A stretch of DNA of 64,000 nucleotides from Lingula anatina (lineage: Eukaryota; Animalia; Brachiopoda): positions 59,250,788 through 59,314,787 of the forward strand of contig CM120640.1 in assembly GCA_051362555.1 (NCBI GenBank), read 5' to 3'. The notes beneath the pieces are model-generated. The model made no database searches. It saw nothing but the letters and a program-made list of their open reading frames with translations, and was not told the origin of the DNA. Position numbers and translations under genes: made by a program. This document shows positions 13,945-27,229 of this stretch, one piece after another; position 1 is the stretch's first letter, and the number at the start of each line of letters is the position of its first letter.

Positions 13945-16900
13945 CTCTCCCTGATGTGGAGACCTGTGTAACTTCCCCAGTTCCATTATTTTTCAGGGCA
14001 GGCCAGGAATACACAAAGGCACTTGTATGTGTTGAACCAGCATCTAATACTACTGCATACTATAGAAATGTAAGAAAATAAAATTCTCCACCTTGAAATC
14101 ATTTGTCCCATTAGAGATTTTAACACAAAATCTTCAAAGATTGTTAAGAAGCATATAAACAGCACATCAAGAATGACAGATTTTAATGAGAACTTGCAAT
14201 GAAACGCTGTGGACTCTAGCAGACAGGCCAAATTGATTGATGAAATGCATCATTACTTTTAAATTAATACCTTTGAAGAAAAGTTTGAGGCACAGTACTT
14301 TTGCGTGGCATTACAATACTTATCAATTTGTAATCATACCTTCTGCATAATTTTCAGATGAGAACAGTAGTTACCATTTACAGGCTAGAATGAAGTGTCC
14401 AACCTCTTTAAATAATCAGTATAAAAATCAAAATTACCTCTGTGATTGGACTATCCCCTTGGACCTTGACTATACTGATGATGGTAATTCCTGTACCACC
14501 AATTATCAAGCAAACAGCTGCCAAGACCCACCATTGGTTGCACCTTATACGTGAAGCAAGACTTTCTGCTGGAAAAGTATAAAATTGCATAATAAAACAT
14601 TACTGTTTACATGGCATGATAGTATACAAAGAAGCTAATATAAACACATGGAAGATAGAGTATTATAATCATAATAAGTAATATCCCCCCCCCCTTAAAG
14701 TTTAACTTACCAAAACCTGTTAAACATGTTAGACGTTTAGATTCTGAGGAGTCTCCAACGTCTGTTTCAGACATAACTGGAAAATCTGTATATCTTTATA
14801 CTATACAATGATGTTTCACCAAACTAGTTGAAATACACTGCTTGCATATCAAACAAAAATTTACTAAAGTCAAACAAAACTGTCATGTACTTGTGATGTG
14901 ATTTGCTTTCCATCAAATAGGTTTCAGAAAAATGTTCAGTAAGCTCTTTCTGACTTTCCAATATTGTAAAACTTCAGCACAGGCTTCCATAATTAAAGTT
15001 TAAGCCCCATAATGGAGAATCAATAAGTTTCTGATACTTAGTCATGTTCCTGATCACTAACTGTGAAAGGGCAACCCTGTACATGCAATAGCCATTTCCC
15101 TGAACTCATCTTTCTCAGTGTTGAAATAAGTTGGTATTGAATGGCTGTACATGTAAATCCAATCAATGTCATCATTTGTGAGTGCCCAATAGAATGCAAA
15201 GGAATGATTTATAACTGGTTTGACATGTACTCTTTTCTTTAGATACAGAGATTATAGGCACTGAAGAGTGCAGATTGCCTCTACATTGATTGGGACACTA
15301 ACAAATCAAAATCTTGACCTCAGTCATTACATGTGTATAAAATGTTCTAAAATGATTCTACTTTCTTTAGTCAGAATTCCAATTAACTTAAGGCAAAATT
15401 TATAACATCTACAGTTGATGAGACAGATTAATCACTTAAAAATTTATGTCAAAGTAAACATCCTGATATTTGCTTGCTTACTGGAAAAAATTAACTAGAA
15501 AGCAAAGCTGGAAAATATACAGACAAGTAACAGGAAAAATTATTCCCATTGCTCCATTTTAACCTATACAGGCACATTGAAGTAAACAATAACTTTTGCA
15601 AAAATAGTCCAATCATACCAACTTTTGAGAAGAACCTGCCTATTTACCAAACAAAACTTCTCTGCAAATTTGAATTAAAAGAAATTAATGGTTTGGCACT
15701 TGTGGGACATATGTCTCCAAAATACATGCATAAAACAAAAAATCTATAACTTTGGCAAAGTCAATTAGATAATGCTGAGTAACCTTCCTCTTCACCAAAC
15801 AAACCCACCTAGTTTATTTAAAGAAAAACAAATGCATAGTTTGGCAGTTATAGGATGAATTATCAATAACACATGTGGAGTGGTGATGATCATGAGCAGA
15901 CAGTGATCAGAATTTATTAAGACACATTTAGTATAGTGTCTATATATATATAAAATTAAAGAATAATTCAATGGCATATATATAGACATTAATGGTATCT
16001 TTTTCAGGATTTTCATGCTAAAACAAATTTTCCCTGTGAAATTATTAGAAAATAATCTACTCTAATAATAATAATAACCTGATCATACAGATTTTCAAAC
16101 TTAGCCTGCCTTTTAATCAACTAAAGCTCCTTAATTAATTAAAAACAATACAACTAAACAGCAAAACTGGCAAATATACAGACACCATACAGAAAACAAG
16201 GCAGCAAAGTTCAAAGATTATGCAGAAAAAAATGTCATAATGTTTTGGCTAATTTTGGGCTGAACATCACAAAAATACATGCATAAAAACAAAAAATCCC
16301 ATAATTATAATAAAATCTTATTGCCATTTATGAAATATTGTTCTTTTGTAAATTTATTTGAAGTAAAACAAAATACATTTTGGCACTTAAAGGGCAAACA
16401 AATGTGTTGGTAAACAAAATTGACAGTAATGAACAAAGGTAATCAAAATTTATACAAACACTGAGGGAGTGTGTGCATGCCAGAGAAAAAGAGAGAGAGA
16501 GATAAAGGGCCCATTCACAATGTCAACCTAGCCAATTCCCACTGAATCAATCAGATGAGCTGATTAACATGCCTTCTCGTTTCCAACATATATTTAACAG
16601 CTTTTCTACAATCTACTCATCGCCAGGAGGAGGCCTGTCACTCTGTAAATCTGACTGCTTTCAGCAAGAGTCCTTGTGAAGTTAGTAGGCATTAGCTTGT
16701 TTGTCATTGTGAATGGTCCCTTTTTCTTTGTTTTTTTCAAAAGCTAACATAAACAAAACTCATCATAATACAAAATAATGCTAACAATTTTAAAACAAAA
16801 TAAAAAAAATATAGCCAAAGATAAATCTGTGTCTTGTACACTGAATACATTAATCTCAGAGCATACAAAAATGAACACTTGGTATCAATTATAAGATTTG

Positions 16901-17513
16901 GTGTCAAATATATAGTCAACAAAGTGTCAAATTTGAAGCCATTTCCCACAATCATTCTGTTGAGTTCCAACTGATATATATACCCTACAAACGTATCTTC
17001 TTGGCTCACTTTTCTTTTTCATTTGTCATTATGTGAGTGAAGGATAGCATGCATTTCATTTTCTTGCATAAAATACATACTTGAAGAAGCTGTAGTAATT
17101 TTCTCATTCGTAATTGATGCCACAAGCCCTAATTTAGTGCTTAGTCAGTAATGCTTAATGTACAAAATACTCACAATAAATGAAACATTAATGAACAATC
17201 TGTGATTGACCATTGTTGTTGTTGTGGCAAAACAGTATTAAAATATGCTTACTTAAATGTCTAGACTCTAATAAAACTTACCTGAAGTCAGGTACAGAAC
17301 ATCTCCACTGTTAATACCACATGTTCCTAATGTCCTTGAAACATGCAATATATTATCATCTTTGGTTTTCAGTGCATATTCTGATTTTTGCTGGATGTTT
17401 TTATCTATGCAAAATGCTGCTATCAGACTGTCAACAGTTTGAGTTGGGTCTGTTGCTACGGTTAAACGTCCTGAGGCCCCATCCCCTAAAGTGCTCTGGA
17501 TTGTCACTTCCAT
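13945..17513 (-). CDS. 5' coding exons of a CD39/GDA1-family ectonucleoside triphosphate diphosphohydrolase (ENTPD1/2/3/8-like) with an N-terminal ubiquitin-like domain; partial
   Basis: Exons 17513-17282 ([10 protein letters not shown]...[12 protein letters not shown], Ubl-like, phase 1, GTAAGT donor), 14568-14438 ([45 protein letters not shown] helix, phase 0) and 14059-13945 ([33 protein letters not shown], apyrase conserved region 1 DAGSxHT, phase 1, GTGAGT donor). All GT-AG and phase-compatible; exon and phase layout matches CD39 exons 2-3 as recalled. Confidence 0.85.
16507..16720. mobile_element. MITE with about 30-bp imperfect TIRs
   Basis: Left GGGCCCATTCACAATGTCAACCTAGCCAAT versus reverse complement of right end GGGACCATTCACAATGACAAACAAGCTAAT. 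Confidence 0.65.
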
Positions 17514-18589
17514 ATTTGTGGCAGGTACTATCACAGATAACAGTTTAGCCCAGGAGAAAACATACTATTTAATGTTTCTGAGAATCATATATCCATGATC
17601 ACAGTCAGTGACTCCAAGTGATAATCTGAAATGGTAAACAAAATATATGTGAGTTCATACATGTTTATATATGTAATGTAGAATAAAATTTTTAGGAATT
17701 CACAAACATACACTAAACAGTTCTTTGGCATAAGTATTTTATTTTCAAATGTTCTCTAAATTCAGTTATGTGAGCCATGTCTCTACTATTCTAATAAGTT
17801 TGCAATAAACTTATGATTTCCAATGTTTTTACAAATTGCCCATATTAAGTCCATTAAAATATAATGACAGCTGTGGTAATTTCAAGGCTGAACATCTCAA
17901 AATCAGTACGTGAATGATAAAATTAATTCCTTTACCAGGGATATTGATCAAAGTCACAACATAACTCTCTTTAGAAAAACAAAATATAAAACCAAAGATT
18001 TGCATTTAAAGTTAGGGGATAACTGCATAAGTGCCAACCATACCACATGAAATTTCTGTGGAATTTGTTCACCAAAATTGAACAAAAGAAGAGACTACTC
18101 TCTAACACAACAATACAAAGCAGTACAAGTACCATAAACAACAGTAAAAATAATGTAATATTTGTTGCCAGTGGCCAATAAAAAACGCCCACCACACTAC
18201 TGAGTATATACTGGGTAAAAATTGGAAGTTTAAGTTTGACACATACTGCAAAGTGGCCAGTTTGTCCAAAATGAATTTGTTTCACATAATTTCAAAGAGA
18301 TAATTAAACATCACCAAAAATCCCCACACAAAGCAGTCAGCGGCAGATGTACAACCTAAAAAATGTTCTAGATGTCATGTGTAGAAAACTTCAAAAGCAG
18401 CACAATGTGATGTACACAAACAATATACCGGAAGACGAAGATCAAACACTGTTTACAGAGAATGTACTCTCTCAACAGCTAAATAGTTTCTTTAGACTTT
18501 AAGCTAACACAAAACTTGTGTAAATTAACGGTTCTTCAAAATCCGTCAGCACATTTTTTCTAAAAAACAAGAAAATTATCCGTACGTAC

Positions 18590-18640
18590 TCGAGCTTCGT
18601 CTGCAGCCGCCATCTTCTCAAGGTCACACAACATCGAGAT
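18590..18640 (-). other. Putative first exon of the NTPDase gene (short MAAADEAR ORF from ATG at 18613)
   Basis: Minus strand reads AAGATGGCGGCTGCAGACGAAGCTCGA|GTACGT in a CpG-rich patch; a matching acceptor (tttcag|) precedes 17625. Confidence 0.5.
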
Positions 18641-18890
18641 CAATTTGTTTTTATATAATCAAGAGCGATTGCCGAATAGTTTTTCTAAAAAATTATGAAA
18701 ATATTTCTTTGAAAATAATCTTTGCTTAATGATGGTTTAAAAGAGTTATTTCAAAACTTTGAAAAATATTGAATAAATTATGGAAATTATGTCGGCCTCA
18801 ATCCGTGACGTCATTAATTAGGGACCAAATATAAATGTATTGTACAGTGTATTTATTGAAGACGCCTCGCTTTTATCAAGATTACTGTTG
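18590..18890. promoter_or_regulatory. Bidirectional promoter between the NTPDase and ARID5 genes, with YY1 and CRE motifs
   Basis: Divergent first exons about 280 bp apart; GCCGCCATCTT (YY1 consensus) at 18606-18616; TGACGTCA (CRE) at 18806-18813; local CpG enrichment. Confidence 0.6.
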
Positions 18891-21800
18891 ATGGAGTCTT
18901 CAAAAATTGAGGTGAGTAGTCCGAAAAAGTTATTAAGTTTATTTAAAGTAGTTTTTAAGAGAAAATTCCGATAAAAATTGTTTCAAGAGTTATTTTGAGC
19001 TGGTATTTATTTCGCTCTTGGATGTGACCTGAACTGGGGAAGTTGATGAACTGTGAGCACGCCCCGCACCACTGTGGCAAGATTGCATTTCGCCTCAAAT
19101 ATTTCTCTCTCGTTTCAGTTTCTAGGCACTCCGTGTGGCCACCATGGGCCATACACCTTCTACAAGGCCATCAAATATTCCCTGGGGAATAAAAGTCAAA
19201 TTTTATCACTGGGCGAATTTTTCTATGTGAAACATTCTGAAGATGCCCCCATTTGTATCGGAGAAGTTCAGTTACTTTGGGTCGACAAAAATACCTGTCA
19301 TGATCTGTCTAGTGTCCGATTATATTTCCTGCCAGAACACACCCCAGAAGGAAAACAGCAATATCATGGAGAGGTAAAATGAAAATCCAGTATTTAATTT
19401 AAAAGAGAAAAGTTGAAATGTGCATTTGTTATTAAGTTTTCTTATTCAATGTTTATTTAGTGTTTGTTTACACTTGAGTGATTCACTAAAGTGGCTTAAC
19501 AATGGGTATAGTATTTTGAGGTAAAAGTTCATATAGGGAACAAATCCAATGCATATGATTTGCAATTTGACTGTATATGATAAATAAATTAGTACTCACA
19601 ATTTTACTTACTAAATTAACAAGCAGATTATTAGAGATATTAATTGATGTGTCTCTGTAATTGTTTCATTTTTGGCACAGAGATGTTGATGAAAAACATA
19701 TAACTTAAAGACATTTATTATGGTTATACTGATATTTTATCTGAACTGATGTCTAATTAACCTGAATAGTTTTGATAATAGCATCTTGGAAAGTACTGTT
19801 GAGAGATGCACGAGTTTTAACTAGCTAAGAAATGTAAGCCAAAATTCCTTAACCTTTTTTTTTTGTTATCTGCATTCTTTATTGTTCTACTTAAGAACCT
19901 AGTAGCATGTGTCCTAGTAAACAGTTAAATATGATACTGACTTATAAAATTACTGCCCTTGATGTTAATAGTAAATGCCCTTGTGAATGGATAACAAATG
20001 TTGAAATTGACTATCCATGTCTTAGGTTGAGGGCCTGATATATTCATCAGAAAACACTCCTGCTATTGTGTGTAGCAAATAGCTGATTCTGCTTGATGTA
20101 TCGATTTTAATACTCCATGGTCTTTTCCCACTAACATATATATATATATATATATACCTGTAACTCAAATAACCTCAATTACCCATCCTCCTTATAAAAT
20201 AAAATGTTTACCTAACATCTTGAAAATTGATAAGAGCCCAAATGACTTATTTGGCTGTGAAAAAATCTTTTTATGGGAACTAAGCCTTCTATAATGTAGA
20301 AACAGTAGATGTAATTAAAGGTGGAAAAACCATGTGTCATGTAAATGTTAGTAACAGGCAGTTAGTTTTCTTTTGTGTGTCATTTTTCTTTTTGGCATCT
20401 GAGGCCCTATTAAAATTCAGCCCACCACTACACCACTATGATTATGGCTAGAGGGGATAATGGCAGGCCTACAATACAATCACATGAACTGAAGTGATGC
20501 ATTACATGCTGTGAATAGATGGTCGAATGTCTTTGCTATTGTTGTCCAAACGAACCTTAATAAAATCAATATAATTATCAGTTCTGCTCCTTATTATTGA
20601 TGTCAGATTTTAGTTATGTTTGAATTAAATGGAGCTGAGCTTGATAAGAGTGGATATATGGAAATGCTCAGTGCATCTGTTATTAATCATCTTCCTAGAC
20701 TCATTGGTTTAACTAAAATAGCAAACACTGTTTTATTTAATATGGTTGTCTTGAAGTGAAAATAGCCTCATTTAATATTAAAGACCAATTGTTATAACTA
20801 ACTTAGAATGATGAAAAGAAATAGCTTTTTTAATTTGAACTAAAATATGGTACAAACTTGAAAGTTCAGAATGTTTGCATACGAATTTATTTTAGTAACT
20901 CCAAATTATGGAGTGTAGGAATTTCTCTGATGATATCCTTGCTATTGCTTGATGTGTACTGGAAGTTGGTAACTCTTAATTAACACACACATGTAAGAGG
21001 TGCAGCTTGTCAAATACTGTGACAAGGAGGGAATGCATATCCCTCTTAAGATAATTTTCAAGATGTGTAGTGGACCACATACTAGCCAAAATATCCTGAG
21101 CTCCCATTATTATCTCAGGGCTTCAGTAACCCAGCCCCAAGTATATGTGTAATGAGTTGATTAAACATTCCCATATAGCAACAAGATAAATTTATCCAAC
21201 AGATCATTAAGACTCGTTTTTAAAGAAAGATCCTGTTTTGCTGAAGTTTAAATGTAAATAACAGAGAGGATTGAACACACATAATATCTGACCTACTTTA
21301 TTTTCACTAAATAAGTAGATTGAATATTTAAAGGAGAGCAATATGTTGTTTTAATCTGTAGGAATGTGTTGGTATAAGATAAGATAGATACCTTTAAACA
21401 ATTTCACCACACAATTTCAGTGGTATTGGCCAAATTATTTATTTTTTTTTTACTAGAAATATGCAAAAAGAAATTGCTCCAAAAAGATTTTTGTCATATG
21501 ATGATTAATTTATTATATTATCACAAGGAAGTTTCTTTCATTGGTGGAAAACAACAGCAGTATTAATAATAGTTGTTCAGACAGAGTTAGTTCAATTAAA
21601 AACACTACTTTAGCATTGGACAAATAATAGTAGTGAATTTGTAATTGTTAATTACAGGTGTCTGATCAATGAAGTTAACAGTTTAATGCAGCATCTGCAA
21701 GTGTCTTAAAGAATGTCAGCTTGCACAGTCCACACTTAAGGCATTGTGTGATTTGGCCCAGCTTTGACTAATGTAAAATAAATATGGCCTTTGTTGTGGG

Positions 21801-24800
21801 GCAAAGTGAAATGTAATATGCATGAACCTGTGCAGAAAAGTATTTACAATAAGAGCTCTGGTTGTTCATTTAGCACTGAAAGGACCCCTTTGGCCCAACC
21901 TATCCATGTGGAATAGTCTTCCAAATTTGTTCTTGTTAGATAACACAAAACTACCACAGTGGGTGAATTATGGTTTGATCAACCTTTGTTGTTTTTTTAA
22001 GTTTATGTTTGCTCAAAAGTAAAACTTGTAAACTATAGCTATATATTATATGGTATTAACCAAATTTCTGATAAAATGGTAACTTAAAGTGTTAAGGGTT
22101 TATATTTCAGAGGTCTTTTGATTTTATTTTATTTTATTTATGGTTAACATGTTTATTATTAACATGTCACAAGAATATTGTTTTGATAAGATAAAGTGCT
22201 TTCTTCTTAGTTGCTGAAAATATTATACTTAAAAGATGAATTAATTTTCCTACTAGTTCAATATGAAATTAAAGAAACCTTTATGCAATCAACCTAATCC
22301 TCTGTTATCATCATCTGAGTAAATGAAAATCATTTGATTCCTGCTCAGTTTAGACCCAGTGAATTATCACATTTTTGTTTTAACTTAGCTGTCAAGATTG
22401 ATCATCTCCAGTCCTAACATTAAGCCAGACATGGAAATTTCTGTTTGTTTGAAATGAAAACAGATGTCAATTTTGGTACAAAAGGGTTCATTGTTATTTA
22501 ATCCCATATGTTCAGAAAAAAATTGAAACATTCTTAAAGAAATTAGTTCAAGAACAAAAGATAAAGACAAATATTAACAATTCTATAAGCAGGTAAATGC
22601 TGTACAGATAATTTCGTGTTGCATTCCAGTTAAATACATGTATGCCAATTCAATCTTTCTCTGAGGGAACTTCTGCTTGCATGTGTTTTGCAGTCAGTGG
22701 AGTGGAAATGTTGATATAACTTCAGTCATTCCAGGTACATTCAGCTCAAGAAAGATTACTTAAGTTTTCTTGTGCCATTGATAATGGTTGGTTTAATGTT
22801 GACCCAAATGTCAGGTACGGTTTATTGATTAGTATATAACTAGAGGTCTTTTATGCTCTTTTTATTGTAGCCTCTTTTTTTTCATTCATTTTGGAATTTT
22901 TGTTCACATGTTGATTTATCAGCCTTTAAGGAGAAAAATAACTACTGAACATTGTTTGAGTACAGCATATAACATTTTTGTCTGAACTTAACAGGATATC
23001 ATTAACTAAGGGAGCTATTTGCAATTTTGCCAGTGATGTTGATGACTTTTCACAGTTATATATGGCTAAAATTTTACATTAGATTATGTGGTAATGATAT
23101 ATTTCTAAACTGATGAGTCAAGGACAAGGTGATATTTGCTCAATGATACAAATGGATTTTTTTACATTTTCTTATGACTCAGCTCCTAATTCAGTATAGT
23201 GTCTTCCTGATTTTAATCTAAAAGCTAAATAACCTCCATAACTTTAAAAGACACAAATTGTTGTGATTTAAAATGGAACATAGTTTGTAATTCACATGCT
23301 ATAAGACTTAATTTACAATATTAAACATATCTTCAGAATATTAAATTATAAATCAGTGGTCTTTCGTGTGACCTCAAGTGAACAAGTCTCACTAGTAAGT
23401 AATCAATGCAAGTAGGTTGTTTTTCCACACTTTTGTGCTGTGAATTAAGTGGAATTATATACTAATAACATGCTCTTTGTCCCATTGCCTAAAAGTTTTT
23501 TGTTCCAGAGGTGTCAGCTTTACTATATTGAGGTCATGCATGTGTTTTCTTTATTCAAATGTGGTACATTATAGAGAAAAATATTCTTCTGTATATGGGT
23601 GCTCAAGTGTATTGCTAACACTGATGTAATTAGGGATCTTTTGTGCATATTCTTGATCTGTTAAAGACTTATTATAGTACCTGGGCTCGTATAAGTAACA
23701 AACTTACTTTTTAAACCTATTTAAACAGGTAATTCTAAAACATAAAGCTTAACAGTTAAGAGTGTGATTAATTTTGAACCAAAATAGTTAAAGTATTTCT
23801 ATTATCAAGTGTTTATAAAAATCTAATTAAAATCTGTTGTTGGTTTACATTGGATATTATATACTAGTATGCTTATACTTTCACTGGGTCAAATTAAACT
23901 GCTTACTTCAATAAAATATAAACAAACTTTATTTTAGGATGAGATACTAGCTGTGTCTGAGAAAATTGTGTTGAAGATTGAGGATTTGCTTAAATGGATG
24001 GTGTACGACGTCACATGGACAGCAGGGTCAAAGGCCATCTTCAGTGCTGATGAGAAGAACGATGATATAGACATCCAAAACAATATCATTACAAAATCAT
24101 TTTCCAACAACAGTGCTTTGGATTGGAAGGACATTGAGAAAGAAAAGAAAGCCCTAGGTAAACAAAACAGTACTTTACCTTTTAAACATGTTGCTGAAAT
24201 TTCCAAGAAATTTCCAGTCTAATTCCTTTATTCATTGACATTTTCTTGCAAATGTGTATCCATCAAGCTTAATTATGTTACTGGTAATACATTTTTTCTC
24301 AGGGATCTTCAATATAACAGTCAGTGCACATGTATGCTACAAACTATAATTGGCCAGAGACTTTACTTGTACCTTATTCCACACTGTAGACAGTATTTTT
24401 GGTTAATAAGAAATAACAAGCTTGGACTAGAAATTTAAAAGAAGATATTTTTTAATGTTTAAAAGATATCATGTATAAACATAATGTTATTAACCACTGG
24501 GTAAACCTGCTGTGTCTGCATCCTTTATTTTATCTTTTATTTATTATTATTCTTTTTTAGCAGATGTGAATATTGAAATGCATTTAAGAAATATTGCTCA
24601 CTCATACACATACATCCACACAGCTAAAGAAAGAAAGAAAGAAATTATTAAAGTGCAATATGTGGATCAACTGCTTATTATTTATATTTATATTTAGTGC
24701 TTTGTAAAAAGATAAATGGGGAGATCAGTGTAGGACCATTACAAATTATGCAGGTGAACTTGGTTAGCAGTTAGGATAGGCAGAAATCATGGTTGTATAA

Positions 24801-27172
24801 AATATCACCATGTGTTGGCAGAAAGAATCAGTCTGCATTGGATATGTGATTAGTTGACTTGATTCCTTTGTGACCTTATGTCCTGTGTTTATCAGGTAAA
24901 TGGAGTATAATTCAACTTCTTCTTTGATGTTAAATGAGGATATATCTTTTTGCAACATGTCTTGCAATTCTGATCACTGATATGTTTTTTTCTGTTTGCT
25001 CTATTTAAGATATAACCGTGGGCTTTTAAAGATATCTACACATTAAATGAAGATAGGAGAAGATAACTATTGATCTGAGTGCATATACAGTATTGGTCTC
25101 AAATAATCTTGCTTATCCTTTAGAGGGGCCTCCAACTGTGCTCCTGGGGTTGCACTTGGCATGATTTGTTTGGTCTCCAAACTAACCATGGCTGGTGTGT
25201 GCATATCTGCAATGTGTCCTAAAGCTTGGAGAATTTAATAACTGGAGCTCATACACAGTATTGGGACTTCAATGTCAACGTTACAGCTGCAATAAGAAAG
25301 GCCTAATATGCTGCTATTCACTTGGTTTTATTATGAATATAATCAATTACCATTACATGCCTTTATGCACAAAACCTGTACTTGATTAGATTCTATAGGT
25401 CTACTTATATTTAATGCAATGATACCACTAAGAGGAGAAGTTAATTTATATCCTGCACTGCTGAAAGCAAGTAGCTAATACCATATTTAAATATTATGTA
25501 TTGGTTTATTTTTTGAGGGTCTTTTTATGACCCCTCTTGGACCAAACATTTTATTTTTGTCTAATATTGAATTGGCAGTTATGTTTTTACGCATCTAATT
25601 TCCAATAATTTTGAATGTCTTTAAACAAACATTTCATCTTTTCAAAAGAAAATTCAATATTTTGCTGTAGAATTTTCACCATGTGTTATTGGCATTTGTT
25701 CATTCCTTGGAAGTGGTATTCATTCTTTTGACTAGAATAACTTCAATTACAGTAATTGATCATATGGAAATTCAGCTAATGATAGTGGACTAAAATGCCT
25801 TCTCTCCTGCATCCTTAGTTGGTTTAAGTGTGCATATGATACTTGGCCCTTCTTGTGAATATTACATCAGAAAATTTCTGTATCCATACCTCTGGCCACT
25901 TAACATTTGTGAGTCCTTGAATATGGTTGTTTGTGATTATTGAAAGCTGTGTGACCACAGTTGTTCAGTGCCTAATGATTTATTCATGGGTTGTCTTGCA
26001 TACTGAGTGAACACAGATAATACCTTACACCAACATCATAATGTGCACAAAACACACACACTTATTTACAGGTAAAATGTAAATATAGGTACATGTCTTC
26101 TTGTAATAAAGTAAGAGGACCCTTTTCCCACTGGTAATTTTGTATTTCTCTTTAGGGTTACTTTATCAGTTGCATTTATTTATTGCCTTATCAGATTTTT
26201 CTCTGCAAAAATGATTTCCTAGGTGAAAGTAACAAATCAATACAAGTAATTAATAATTTTTTCTAGATTTCATTTTATGAAGAGATGTGGTCATTATACC
26301 TAAAACTATCATTTTGAAACCTCCTTTTGGTTATTTTAATAGAAACCAATGTGAAGAAAGATGTGCTAGCAAATGCATCATTTTTAGTGCATTCAATGTT
26401 ATATTGGTGCCATGGCAGTTGCAATTTACAAGAGTCATTTTAATGTTGTTGTTTCAAATAGTACTATATTACAAAGGGAAAAACATACAGAATCTTTGTG
26501 TTAGTATTTGTTTTTTTGGTAAACATGTGATACAAAATGGAGTAAAGATATGTTGGTGCCAACTAAGTGAACATAACATACAATTTCTTTAAAGAGGATA
26601 TGTATTATATAGACTTAAAAAGGTTATCAAGTGTCTTTATGATGATATTTATATATAACAGTTATTTATTACTTATTACAATTAGGAAAAAGAAAGCTGT
26701 TTTAAAGACAACAACTTGACATAAACTTAAAAGCACAAAATAAATGAGGGCACAGTATCAGTGGCTTTATGTTGGAATGTCATTATATGTAGTGATGCAG
26801 TAAAAAAGCAGTTCATTTCATTTGTAGGCCATCGGTAGCATGGTAAGTAGATTTGTTATTGATTCCTTCTCCCGACTAATGACATTGAATATTATAGGCA
26901 GGTAATCTTTGCATTGCAGAATTAAAAAATGGATCCAGAATAATTGCCGCTATCATTGAATCTGCCTTATTCATTACCTTGGTTCAGAAATGTGAAATTG
27001 ATACTTTTTATGGGTTTTGATGTTGATATTTACCAGTCTTTTGGTGATAGCTGTTAGGTGCAATATCAGATTAATTGATTTGCATGTAGTCCTGTTAAGT
27101 AGGTAACTTGATATTTGACCTAAAAGATTCTGCAGTACATCACTGCTCTGTGCAGATGATTATATACGTATG

Positions 27173-27229
<57 letters not shown>

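Noticed and set aside
15420-16300. Partial repeated motifs (ATATACAGACA, AAATACATGCATAAAA)
   Set aside because: Too degenerate to define; probably an old local duplication.
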